A DNA stretch of 64,000 nucleotides from Pseudomonadota bacterium (GTDB lineage: Bacteria > Myxococcota_A > UBA796 > UBA9615): the NCBI GenBank assembly GCA_024229515.1, contig JAAESI010000030.1, positions 78,404 to 142,403 on the forward strand, read 5' to 3'. Below, piece after piece: positions 44,518-52,567 of this stretch (positions are counted from its first letter, which is position 1; the number at the start of each line of letters is the position of its first letter). Made by a program: the position numbers and the translations under genes. Below the pieces are notes generated by a model that worked only from the letters and a program-made list of their open reading frames with translations, had not been told where the DNA came from and did not search any database.

Positions 44518-46989
44518 GTGACGGCCTCCGTCGCCGAACTCGCGATCCCGCTGCCGGCTCCCGGCAGCTTTCACTACGCCATCGGACCTGAGCTCGCCGG
44601 CCAGGTGCAGGTCGGCCACGTCGTGCATGTTCCGTTCGGGAGCCGCCGCCTGACGGGGTACGTGCTCGCGCTGTTGGACGAGGCCCCCGAGGCCGACTTC
44701 AAGCTCCGACCGATCAAGGCCATCGCCCAACCCGATCCGCTGTTCGGGGCGGACGTCGTGCCGCTGTTCCGCTGGATCGCCCGCTACTACGCCCACCCCC
44801 TCGGGGAGGTCGTTCGAGCGGCGCTCCCGGGGGCGACGCGGACCGCCAGCCGGACGATGGTCAAGCTCCTCCCCGAGGGTGCCCAGCCCTCCTTGCTGCA
44901 CGACGCCGAGATCGCCGCGTTGCTGTCCCGGCTGACCTCGTCGCCGTCGCACGCGCTGACCCAGAACTCCTTGAAGCGTCGCGACAGCGTCACCCCCGCG
45001 ACCATCAAGCGGGCTCAGCGTCAGGGCCTCGTCGAGGTCGTTCAGGAAGCCGGCGAGGTGCTCGCCCAGGTCCGCACGGAGCCCTGGTACGCGCTGAAGG
45101 ACAACGCCCGCGCCACCCGCGAAGGGTTCTCCCGCAAGGGTCCCGTGCGCGACCGCCTCATCGACTGGCTGGAGCGGTTCGGGCCGGTCTCCCGCGAGGC
45201 CGTGGCGGAGGCGTTCCCGACCTACTCCGCGCCGCTGCGGCAGTTGATCGACAAGGAGTTGGTGATCGTCGAGGAGCGCCGCCTGGACCCCCTCGCGGCC
45301 GAGCGCGTGACCATCCTCGACAAGGACCGCGTGCCCCATCCGCCCACAGAAGCGCAGCAGGGCGCGCTGGATGCGATCAGCCCGGTGCTGGCGGCCCGCA
45401 CCTTCGCCTCGTTCTTGCTCCACGGCGTCACCGGCTCGGGCAAGACCGAGGTCTACCTGCGGCTCGCCGCCGAGGTGCTGGAAGACGGCGGCAGCGCGAT
45501 CCTGCTGGTGCCCGAGATCGGCCTCACCCCGCAGTTCCTCGCCCGGTTCCGCGCCCGCTTCGGGGACGAGGCCGTCGGCGTGCTCCACTCCGGCCTCACC
45601 GACCGCGAGCGGTTCGACGAATGGCTCCGCATCCGGTCCGGCGTCGCCCGCCTCGTGGTCGGCCCGCGGTCCGCCGTCTTCGCCCCCGTGAACGACCTGC
45701 GGCTCGTCGTCATCGATGAGGAGCACGACGGCTCGTACAAGCAGGAGGAGGGGCTCCGCTACAACGCCCGCGACGTCGCCCTGGTGCGCGCCCAACGGGC
45801 CTCCGCCGTGGCCGTGCTCGGCAGCGCGACGCCATCGATGGAGAGCTACCGGGCCGCCGAGTCGGGCCGCCACGGGATGTTGAAGCTTCCCGCCCGGGCA
45901 GGCGGACGGGCGATGCCCGAGATCGAACTCGTGGACCTCCGCGAGTTCCCCGTCGACGATCCGGACTCCCCCGCAGCGGCCCTGTCCCCTCCGTTGAAGG
46001 AGGCGCTGGAGACGAACCACGCCAGCGGCGGGCAGACCATCTTGCTGCTGAACCGGCGCGGCTTCGCGACCACCGTTCTGTGCACCTCCTGCGGGGTGCA
46101 CTTCCGCTGCGACGAGTGCGACGTCTCGATGACGTACCACGCCCGTCGGCACTCGGTGGTCTGTCACTGGTGCGGTGCGTCCTCGGGCCTCCCGGACCGC
46201 TGCCCGACCTGCAACGACGCCCAGTCCCTCAAGGCCGTGGGGCGGGGGACCGAGCGCCTGGAGGAGGAGATGCTGGCCCTCTGGCCGGACCTGCGGGTCG
46301 ACCGGATGGACGCCGATACGACCCGCTCCCGATCGGGGCACCGCCGCATCCTCGACCGCTTCGGGGCCGGCGATGTCGACGTGCTCATCGGCACGCAGAT
46401 GGTCGCCAAGGGGCACGACTTTCCCGGGGTCACCCTCGTGGGGGTCGTGCACGCCGACGCCGCCCTGCACCTGCCCGACTTCCGCGCCAGCGAGCGCACG
46501 TTTCAGCTCGTCTCCCAGGTCGCGGGGCGGGCGGGACGGGGCGACCGCCCGGGGCGTGTGCTGGTGCAGACCTGGCACCCCGACCACCACGCCATCCGGT
46601 TGGCGCTGTCTCACGACTTCGAGGGCTTCGCGGAGCGCGAGACGCGACTGCGCCGGGGTCTGGCCTACCCACCTTTCTCCAGGCTCACGATGTTCCGCGT
46701 CTCCGCCACCAACGAGCGGGCTGCCGAGCGGGCCGCCCGGCACGTGCGTACGAGGGTGGATCAGGCGGGTCGCGGCCTGATGGACGTGAGGGTGCTCGGA
46801 CCCGCGCCATCACCCATGTACAAGCTTCGCGGCCGGTTCCGCTGGCAGGTGCTGTTCAAGAGCCCCGATCACAAGGCTGCGAGCCAATTGCTGCATAGGC
46901 TGCAGCCAACCTCGCTGCGGGACGAGGTGGGCAAGGGCGGCGGGGGTGCGCGGGTCGCCATCGACCGGGACCCGGTCTCATTCTTGTGA
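44518..46989 (+). CDS. priA: Primosomal protein N' (replication restart helicase)
   Basis: LHGVTGSGKTEVY, LVPEIGLTPQ, IDEEHDGSYKQ, LNRRGF, Cys-rich region, GTQMVAKGHDFP, QVAGRAGR. Confidence 0.97.
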   Translation: MTASVAELAIPLPAPGSFHYAIGPELAGQVQVGHVVHVPFGSRRLTGYVLALLDEAPEADFKLRPIKAIAQPDPLFGADVVPLFRWIARYYAHPLGEVVRAALPGATRTASRTMVKLLPEGAQPSLLHDAEIAALLSRLTSSPSHALTQNSLKRRDSVTPATIKRAQRQGLVEVVQEAGEVLAQVRTEPWYALKDNARATREGFSRKGPVRDRLIDWLERFGPVSREAVAEAFPTYSAPLRQLIDKELVIVEERRLDPLAAERVTILDKDRVPHPPTEAQQGALDAISPVLAARTFASFLLHGVTGSGKTEVYLRLAAEVLEDGGSAILLVPEIGLTPQFLARFRARFGDEAVGVLHSGLTDRERFDEWLRIRSGVARLVVGPRSAVFAPVNDLRLVVIDEEHDGSYKQEEGLRYNARDVALVRAQRASAVAVLGSATPSMESYRAAESGRHGMLKLPARAGGRAMPEIELVDLREFPVDDPDSPAAALSPPLKEALETNHASGGQTILLLNRRGFATTVLCTSCGVHFRCDECDVSMTYHARRHSVVCHWCGASSGLPDRCPTCNDAQSLKAVGRGTERLEEEMLALWPDLRVDRMDADTTRSRSGHRRILDRFGAGDVDVLIGTQMVAKGHDFPGVTLVGVVHADAALHLPDFRASERTFQLVSQVAGRAGRGDRPGRVLVQTWHPDHHAIRLALSHDFEGFAERETRLRRGLAYPPFSRLTMFRVSATNERAAERAARHVRTRVDQAGRGLMDVRVLGPAPSPMYKLRGRFRWQVLFKSPDHKAASQLLHRLQPTSLRDEVGKGGGGARVAIDRDPVSFL

Positions 46990-47062
46990 CCTTGACAGCA
47001 ATTGCGGTCTGGGGGACTTTGGCCCACGAACGGGGAGTCCGAGGGGGGCAAGGGAGAAGCCG

Positions 47063-47614
47063 GTGTCGGCAGCTTTGACGAGACTGAAGGTACTCCTTGC
47101 GGAGCCCCACAAGCAGCTGCGCGAAGCCCTCGAGGAAGCCCTCAGCGACGTGTTCGAGATCCTCCCCTCGGGGACGGCCAATGGAACCATGCTTGGCTTC
47201 CAGCGGCACCGCCCCGCCGCCGTGCTCATCGCGATGAAGCAGACGGACGGCCACGGCCTGGACCTGTGCAAGAAGCTGCGGGAGGGCCAGGGCGACCGCC
47301 GGGCCTTCATCCTGGTCTACGGCACCGCCCCCGACCTGGCCGACGACGTGCTCGAAGGCGACATCCGCGCCCGCTACGGACCGGACCGCTACATGCCCCG
47401 CGGCGTGACCATCAAGAAGCTCGACATGCTGCTGCGCGAGCAGCTGAAGTTGGGCTGGAAGAAGATGGACTCGGGTTCGGAGCCTGCGCTCGCGGCCGAC
47501 CCGGACAAGCCCACGGACTCCCGTTGGGACAACCCGATGACGACGACGGACGTGGTCTCGGCGAAGAACCCCGAGAGCTCCTCGGGCATCTTCCGTCGCC
47601 TCTTCAAGCGCTGA
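47063..47614 (+). CDS. Atypical (pseudo-)receiver domain protein
   Basis: KVLLAE...RPAAVLIA...DGHGLDLCKKLR receiver pattern without the phospho-Asp; disordered tail ending GIFRRLFKR. GTG start 47063. Confidence 0.72.
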   Translation: MSAALTRLKVLLAEPHKQLREALEEALSDVFEILPSGTANGTMLGFQRHRPAAVLIAMKQTDGHGLDLCKKLREGQGDRRAFILVYGTAPDLADDVLEGDIRARYGPDRYMPRGVTIKKLDMLLREQLKLGWKKMDSGSEPALAADPDKPTDSRWDNPMTTTDVVSAKNPESSSGIFRRLFKR

Positions 47615-47617
47615 GCA

Positions 47618-48799
47618 TCAGCCCTTGGTGGTCGTGCGACCCCGGGCTGGAGCCGGCTTGGGCGCGTCCGCCTGCTGCTTGCGGACCTGCTCGATCCGCT
47701 CGCTGGCCCGCTTGAACTTCGGGTAGGCGGCCAGCGACTTCTCGAACAAGGCGATGGCCGCGTCGTAGCGCCGCGCGCGCTTCTCGAGCATGCCCAGCCG
47801 GTACCAGGTGTGGGCCTCGTAGACGGGCAGGGGCTTGCTGTCGAGGTACTTGCGGTAGGCCGCGCGGGCGTCGTCGGCGCCCTTGCGGCGCTTGTAGTGG
47901 ACCTCACCGATCTGGAACCAGAGCCGGTCGTTGTCCGGGTCGATGATCCGCGCTCGCTCGAACGCCGCCAGGGCGTCGTCGTACTTCTTGGACTGGCGGT
48001 AGACCCGACCGACGGTCATCTCGACCAGCAGGTTGTCGGGGTACTGCTCGCGCGCCCACTTCGCCTCTTCGATGGCCTTGTCCCAGTCCTTGGCCTCCAT
48101 GTAGCTGTAGACGAGCACCAGGCTGGCGGGACCGCGGGCGAGCAGCCCGTTCTCCTTGGCGAGGCGCATCTGGGCGAGCCCCTCGGCGCGGTGGTCGCCG
48201 AAGTCCGGCAGCGCATCGACCTGATCGGTGATGGCGGAGCGCCAGTAGTTGTACAGACCGAGGGCGAGCTGGATGTCCTGGAACTCGGGCTCGAGCTTCT
48301 CGACCTTCTTGACGTACTCCAGCGCGTCCCAGGCCTTGTCGAAGGCCGGCAGGTAGCGCTCCTTGCGGATGTCGTACATCGCGTCAATGCCGAGGTGCAC
48401 GGCGGTGAGGAAGTAGATCCACGCCTTCTGGTCGCCGCTCTTGTCGGCTCGCTTCAGGCGCGCGGCGGCTTCGCTGTACTCGCCCAGGTAGGCGCGCTCG
48501 TACTTGAAGTCGTAGTTCTCGAACATCCACGCCTGCCACACGAGGCTGCGTCCGATCGGCCCGACGGGGGAGTCGACGAAGTCGATGCCCATCTCCTCGA
48601 AGACCTCGAGCGCCTCGGGGTAGCGGCGCTGGTAGATGAGGTCCATGCCCTCCTGGGTCGCGGCGAACTCGGGGCGCGAGACGCCCAGCGGGTTCTCACC
48701 GGAGAAGTTCTTGCCGCTGGGGCTCTTGGGTCCGGCGAACGCGGCCATCGGCACGAGGGTGGCGGCGAGCAGGACGATCAGGGTCAGGCGAAGGTGCAT
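47618..48799 (-). CDS. Secreted tetratricopeptide-repeat protein
   Basis: Signal peptide MHLRLTLIVLLAATLVPMAAFA, multiple TPRs; ATG overlaps the gshB stop. Confidence 0.8.
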   Translation of the reverse strand: MHLRLTLIVLLAATLVPMAAFAGPKSPSGKNFSGENPLGVSRPEFAATQEGMDLIYQRRYPEALEVFEEMGIDFVDSPVGPIGRSLVWQAWMFENYDFKYERAYLGEYSEAAARLKRADKSGDQKAWIYFLTAVHLGIDAMYDIRKERYLPAFDKAWDALEYVKKVEKLEPEFQDIQLALGLYNYWRSAITDQVDALPDFGDHRAEGLAQMRLAKENGLLARGPASLVLVYSYMEAKDWDKAIEEAKWAREQYPDNLLVEMTVGRVYRQSKKYDDALAAFERARIIDPDNDRLWFQIGEVHYKRRKGADDARAAYRKYLDSKPLPVYEAHTWYRLGMLEKRARRYDAAIALFEKSLAAYPKFKRASERIEQVRKQQADAPKPAPARGRTTTKG

Positions 48800-49740
48800 C
48801 AGGCACTCCGTCGGGCGAGCACCGCGTCGATGATGTCGACGTCGATGCGGGTTCCGTACAGCGAGGTGCACTCTTGAATGCCCGTGGGTGAGGTCACGTT
48901 GACCTCGGTCAGGCTCCCGCCGATCACATCGATGCCGGTGAAGATCATTCCCCGGTTGAATAGATACGGCGCCAGGCGTTCGCAAATGTGCACGTCTTGC
49001 GGTGTCATCTCGCAAGCTTCGACGGATGCGCCTACGTGCATATTTCCTCGGTAGTCGTCCGCGGGCGGGATTCTTGCGAAGACGCCTTTCGGTACACCGT
49101 TTACGAGGATGATTCTCTTGTCCCCGGTGGAGTCCACTTCGGGGACGAACGCCTGGATCATGACGTGCTCGGTGCCTTGCACCGTCGACGTCTCGAGGAT
49201 CGAGTTGAAGTTCCGATCCCCGATCTGCGCCACGAAGATCCCACGCCCGCCGTTGCCATCCCATGGCTTGATTACGGCCTTGCCCCCCACGTCTGCCACG
49301 AACGCCTTGATCTTGTTCATGTCGCGGGTGACCAGCGTCGGCGGGATCAGGTCCGCGTACCGCAGGATGAACATCTTCTCGTTGGCGTCCCGCAGCCCCG
49401 ACGGGTCGTTGACCACGACGGCATGCTGCGCCGCGGCGTCCAGCATGTAGGTGCTGAAGACGTAGCCCATGTCGAAGGGCGGGTCGGTGCGCTTGAAGAC
49501 CGCGTCCAGGGTCGATCCGCGGATCGTGGCCGTCTCCAGCACGTCCGCGACCTTGGGCCGGGGGCCGACCTGCAGTCGGGAGGCCTGGGCGCAAAACTCG
49601 CCGCCCTCGACCCAGCAGTCCTGCCACAGGCAGTGCCAGACCTCGCCCCCACGGGCCTGCCACTCGAGCATCAATACGTAGCTGCTGTCCTTGTCGACGT
49701 GGACTGTGGACAGCGGATCCATCACGAAGAGGGCGCGCAT
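48799..49740 (-). CDS. gshB: Glutathione synthetase
   Basis: FVMDP...KDSS, RTDPPFD, NEK, KPWDGNGGRG, GDKRI, RGN, EVNVTSPTG. Confidence 0.95.
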   Translation of the reverse strand: MRALFVMDPLSTVHVDKDSSYVLMLEWQARGGEVWHCLWQDCWVEGGEFCAQASRLQVGPRPKVADVLETATIRGSTLDAVFKRTDPPFDMGYVFSTYMLDAAAQHAVVVNDPSGLRDANEKMFILRYADLIPPTLVTRDMNKIKAFVADVGGKAVIKPWDGNGGRGIFVAQIGDRNFNSILETSTVQGTEHVMIQAFVPEVDSTGDKRIILVNGVPKGVFARIPPADDYRGNMHVGASVEACEMTPQDVHICERLAPYLFNRGMIFTGIDVIGGSLTEVNVTSPTGIQECTSLYGTRIDVDIIDAVLARRSA

Positions 49741-49824
49741 CTTGCGAGTTCCTTCTCACTTCACGACTCGGCCGCTTCTCGTCGCAACCATTGGCCGGCT
49801 CTCTAGTCTGCCGCATAGTGCGTT

Positions 49825-49840
49825 CGTGTCACGTGGAACG
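49825..49840. promoter_or_regulatory. parS-like palindrome CGTGTCACGTGGAACG overlapping a start codon
   Basis: Right arm CACGTGGAAC matches parS; lies at the divergent junction with gshB. Confidence 0.55.
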
Positions 49841-50470
49841 GGGTCGATCGCCGCTGTTGCCTTATTGATGCTGGTCCTCCCAGCATCGACGGGGGCGCAC
49901 GTGAACCGCTTCCCCCGGATCGTGCACGTGCAGGTGCAGCCCGAGCAGATCGCGGTCGCCGTGGGGGTGACCCAGCACGCCGGGCCGGCCGCCGGGCGCA
50001 TGCGCAGCCAGTTCGATATGGACAGCAACGGCGCGCTCAGCGACGACGAACAGGAAGGGCTCGCGGAGTGGCTCGACCGCAAGGCGCGGCCGCACCTCCG
50101 GCTCACCCTGGACGACGTGCCCGTGCGCATGGAGCGCCGGGAGCGGAAGCTCACCCTCGAACGGGACAGCGGCACGCTCGCGGGCGACGGGTTCAAGCTG
50201 CGGTCGGTCACGGCCGTCGACGTCGTGGTGCTCCCGGGCACCCACGTGCTCGTGCTGGAGGACAAGCCGGCCAATGAAGGGACGTTGATCCCCTGGCGGA
50301 TCGACCTCCCCAGAGGTTGGGCGATGACCGCCGGGGAAGCCTCCGAGGGCGCGACGCCGCCGGTGCGCGCGGGCGAGCACACGTGGCAAGTGGCGTTCTC
50401 CGGCACCGGCGGACGGGTCGAGGTGACCTTGGAGGTGCCGGCTCGGGTAGGATCCGCGGTCGAGCCGTGA
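49826..50470 (+). CDS. Hypothetical secreted protein with EF-hand-like loop
   Basis: Signal peptide ending STGA-H, DMDSNGALSDDE; first gene of a four-gene coupled operon. Confidence 0.65.
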   Translation: MSRGTGSIAAVALLMLVLPASTGAHVNRFPRIVHVQVQPEQIAVAVGVTQHAGPAAGRMRSQFDMDSNGALSDDEQEGLAEWLDRKARPHLRLTLDDVPVRMERRERKLTLERDSGTLAGDGFKLRSVTAVDVVVLPGTHVLVLEDKPANEGTLIPWRIDLPRGWAMTAGEASEGATPPVRAGEHTWQVAFSGTGGRVEVTLEVPARVGSAVEP

Positions 50471-50808
50471 CCCGATTCGCACTCCCCGTCTTGCTCCTCT
50501 TGTTCGCCGTCGGCTGCGGTCCGATCCGCTCGACCGTCGGCATCATCCAGGCCGATCAGGTCATCAAGCAGGCCCGAGAGGCCGGCGCTGAGACCTGGGC
50601 TCCCTACCCCTTCCAGTTGGCTGAATCGCTGTACGCCAAGGCGATCGAGGAGCAGGGGTACGCGCAGTACTACCAGTCGTGGTTGTACGCGAAGGAGGCC
50701 AAGACGATGGCCGAGGAGGCGCTAGCCACAGAGGCCGGCGCCCCCGAGCCCGTGCCCGAGCCGGCCCCCGAAGCGCCCGCCGACCCAGAACCCGAGCCGT
50801 CCGAGTGA
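50467..50808 (+). CDS. DUF4398-like lipoprotein
   Basis: Lipobox FAVGC, AREAGAETWAPY...LAESLYAKA helical hairpin. Confidence 0.72.
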   Translation: MTRFALPVLLLLFAVGCGPIRSTVGIIQADQVIKQAREAGAETWAPYPFQLAESLYAKAIEEQGYAQYYQSWLYAKEAKTMAEEALATEAGAPEPVPEPAPEAPADPEPEPSE

Positions 50809-51839
50809 CCGCCCTCCGCCTCCCCCTGCTGAGCGCTGTGCTGTTCCTCGTCGGCTGCAGCGCCTCGCTCCCCGCCGTCCGCGGCCACCACGACACGCTC
50901 CGCGAGCGCATCCACCGGGCCAAGTCCCTCGGCGGCATCGAGTGCGCTCCCGCGGATCTGGCCTCGGCCCAGGCGCACTTCCGATTCGCCACCCTGGAGC
51001 TCAGCCAGGGCGACCCCAACCGCGCCGAGTGGCACGTCGAGGTGGGCCTCGACCACGCCGACGCCGCCATCGCCGCGGGCACCGCCTGCCCCGCCGAAGG
51101 GGCCCGCCCCAAGGACCTGCTCGCCGACCCCTGGCCCGACGCCGACGGCGACGAGGTCCCCACCGTCGACGATGAGTGCCCGTACGCCATCGAGGACCGC
51201 GACGGCTTCGAAGACCTGGACGGCTGCCCCGAGCCCGACAACGACCAGGACGGCGTGCTCGACGCGCAGGACCAGTGCCCGATGGACGCCGAGGACATCG
51301 ACGGCTTCAAGGACGCCGACGGCTGCCCCGAGTTCGACAACGACGAGGACGGCGTCCCCGACGACAGCGATTACTGCCCGCAGGCCGCCGAGACGATGAA
51401 CGGCTTCGAGGACGACGACGGCTGCCCCGACTTCAAGCCGGAGCACGTGGATGTGCTCGCGGACCGCATCGCGTTCAAGAAGCCGCTGGTCTTCCTCGAC
51501 AAGATGCCGGTGCTCCTGGGCCTGTCGCACCCCGCGCTGCGCGAGGTCGCGATGCTGCTCAAGGCGGAGCCGGAGATCAGGATCGCGATCGGAGGCCACA
51601 CGGACAACCGCGGCGAAGTCGACGCCCTCCAGAAGCTCAGCGAAGGCCGCGCCAAATCCGTGTTCGACTTCCTCGTCCAGCAGGGCGTGGAGGAGGAGCG
51701 CATGCAGCACGCCGGCTACGGCGACGCCCAGCCGATCTCGACGAATCGCACCGCGTCCGGGCGCAAGCTCAACCAACGCGTCGAAATCCTGATCGTCACG
51801 GCCGAGCCGACCCCCGAGCCCACGGGCGATCCGATCTGA
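50805..51839 (+). CDS. OmpA-family lipoprotein with DUF4398-like N-terminus and thrombospondin type-3-like repeats
   Basis: LVGC lipobox, repeated EDxDGFxDxDGCP, GHTD...LSEGRAKSV...GYG...NQRVEI. Confidence 0.9.
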   Translation: MTALRLPLLSAVLFLVGCSASLPAVRGHHDTLRERIHRAKSLGGIECAPADLASAQAHFRFATLELSQGDPNRAEWHVEVGLDHADAAIAAGTACPAEGARPKDLLADPWPDADGDEVPTVDDECPYAIEDRDGFEDLDGCPEPDNDQDGVLDAQDQCPMDAEDIDGFKDADGCPEFDNDEDGVPDDSDYCPQAAETMNGFEDDDGCPDFKPEHVDVLADRIAFKKPLVFLDKMPVLLGLSHPALREVAMLLKAEPEIRIAIGGHTDNRGEVDALQKLSEGRAKSVFDFLVQQGVEEERMQHAGYGDAQPISTNRTASGRKLNQRVEILIVTAEPTPEPTGDPI

Positions 51840-52531
51840 TGCGCTGGGCGATCGCCGGAGCCCTGCTGCTCCTGGCCGCCGCTCCCGCGAACGCCGCGGA
51901 CGCTCCCTTCGATCTCGCCGCCTGGGCGATGTCCCTCGATCCCGACCGTCCCGCGACGGGCGAGTGGGTGCTCTACGAGGGCGGTCCCGCGTTGGAAACG
52001 GACGTCGCCGGCACCCTCCGGACGAGCCTGTACGCCGAAGACCCGCTGCTCCCCCTGGTCGCCGTGGGCGAGCTCGCCGCCTACGGCGTGCCCGCCGGCG
52101 AGGAGATGCTCCTGGAGATCGCCCGCTCGGAGCAGTGGGCGGGACTGGACGAAGACCTGCAGGCCGAGGTCGTCACCGCGTTGCGCACGATGCGCTCCGG
52201 ACGCGCGCTGCCGGTGCTGGGCCGGATCGCGCTGTCCGGCGATTCGGACGCCGCCCGCGAAGCGATCCGCGCGCTGTGCGAGAGCTCCGCCCCCGAGGCC
52301 GAGCCGGTGCTGAAGGCGATCCTCGCGCAGGGCGACCGCAAAGCGCAGAAGGCGGTGATTCGCTGGCTCCGGAAGGCCGGCGAGCGGGACCGCGCCAAGG
52401 ACGCGCGGCAGTTCCGTCGCGCGGATCGGCGGGAGGATCGCAGCGAGCGCCGGGAGGATCGTCGCGAAGATCGGGAGGATCGTCGCGAAGATCGCAAGGA
52501 GCGCCGCGACGAGCGGAAGGACAAGGACTGA
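51839..52531 (+). CDS. Secreted HEAT-repeat-like protein with charged REDR tail
   Basis: Signal peptide MRWAIAGALLLLAAAPANA, helical repeats, C-terminal RREDR repeats. Confidence 0.68.
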   Translation: MRWAIAGALLLLAAAPANAADAPFDLAAWAMSLDPDRPATGEWVLYEGGPALETDVAGTLRTSLYAEDPLLPLVAVGELAAYGVPAGEEMLLEIARSEQWAGLDEDLQAEVVTALRTMRSGRALPVLGRIALSGDSDAAREAIRALCESSAPEAEPVLKAILAQGDRKAQKAVIRWLRKAGERDRAKDARQFRRADRREDRSERREDRREDREDRREDRKERRDERKDKD

Positions 52532-52567
52532 GATGCAGGCCCGCTGGACCTTCGACGTCCGGGAGCC

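Noticed and set aside
52420-52525. Short tandem repeats (also 11100-11185 and 14930-15090) as CRISPR or non-coding arrays
   Set aside because: They are in-frame coding repeats (REDR, DDDDS, RGD) with no spacers and no cas genes.
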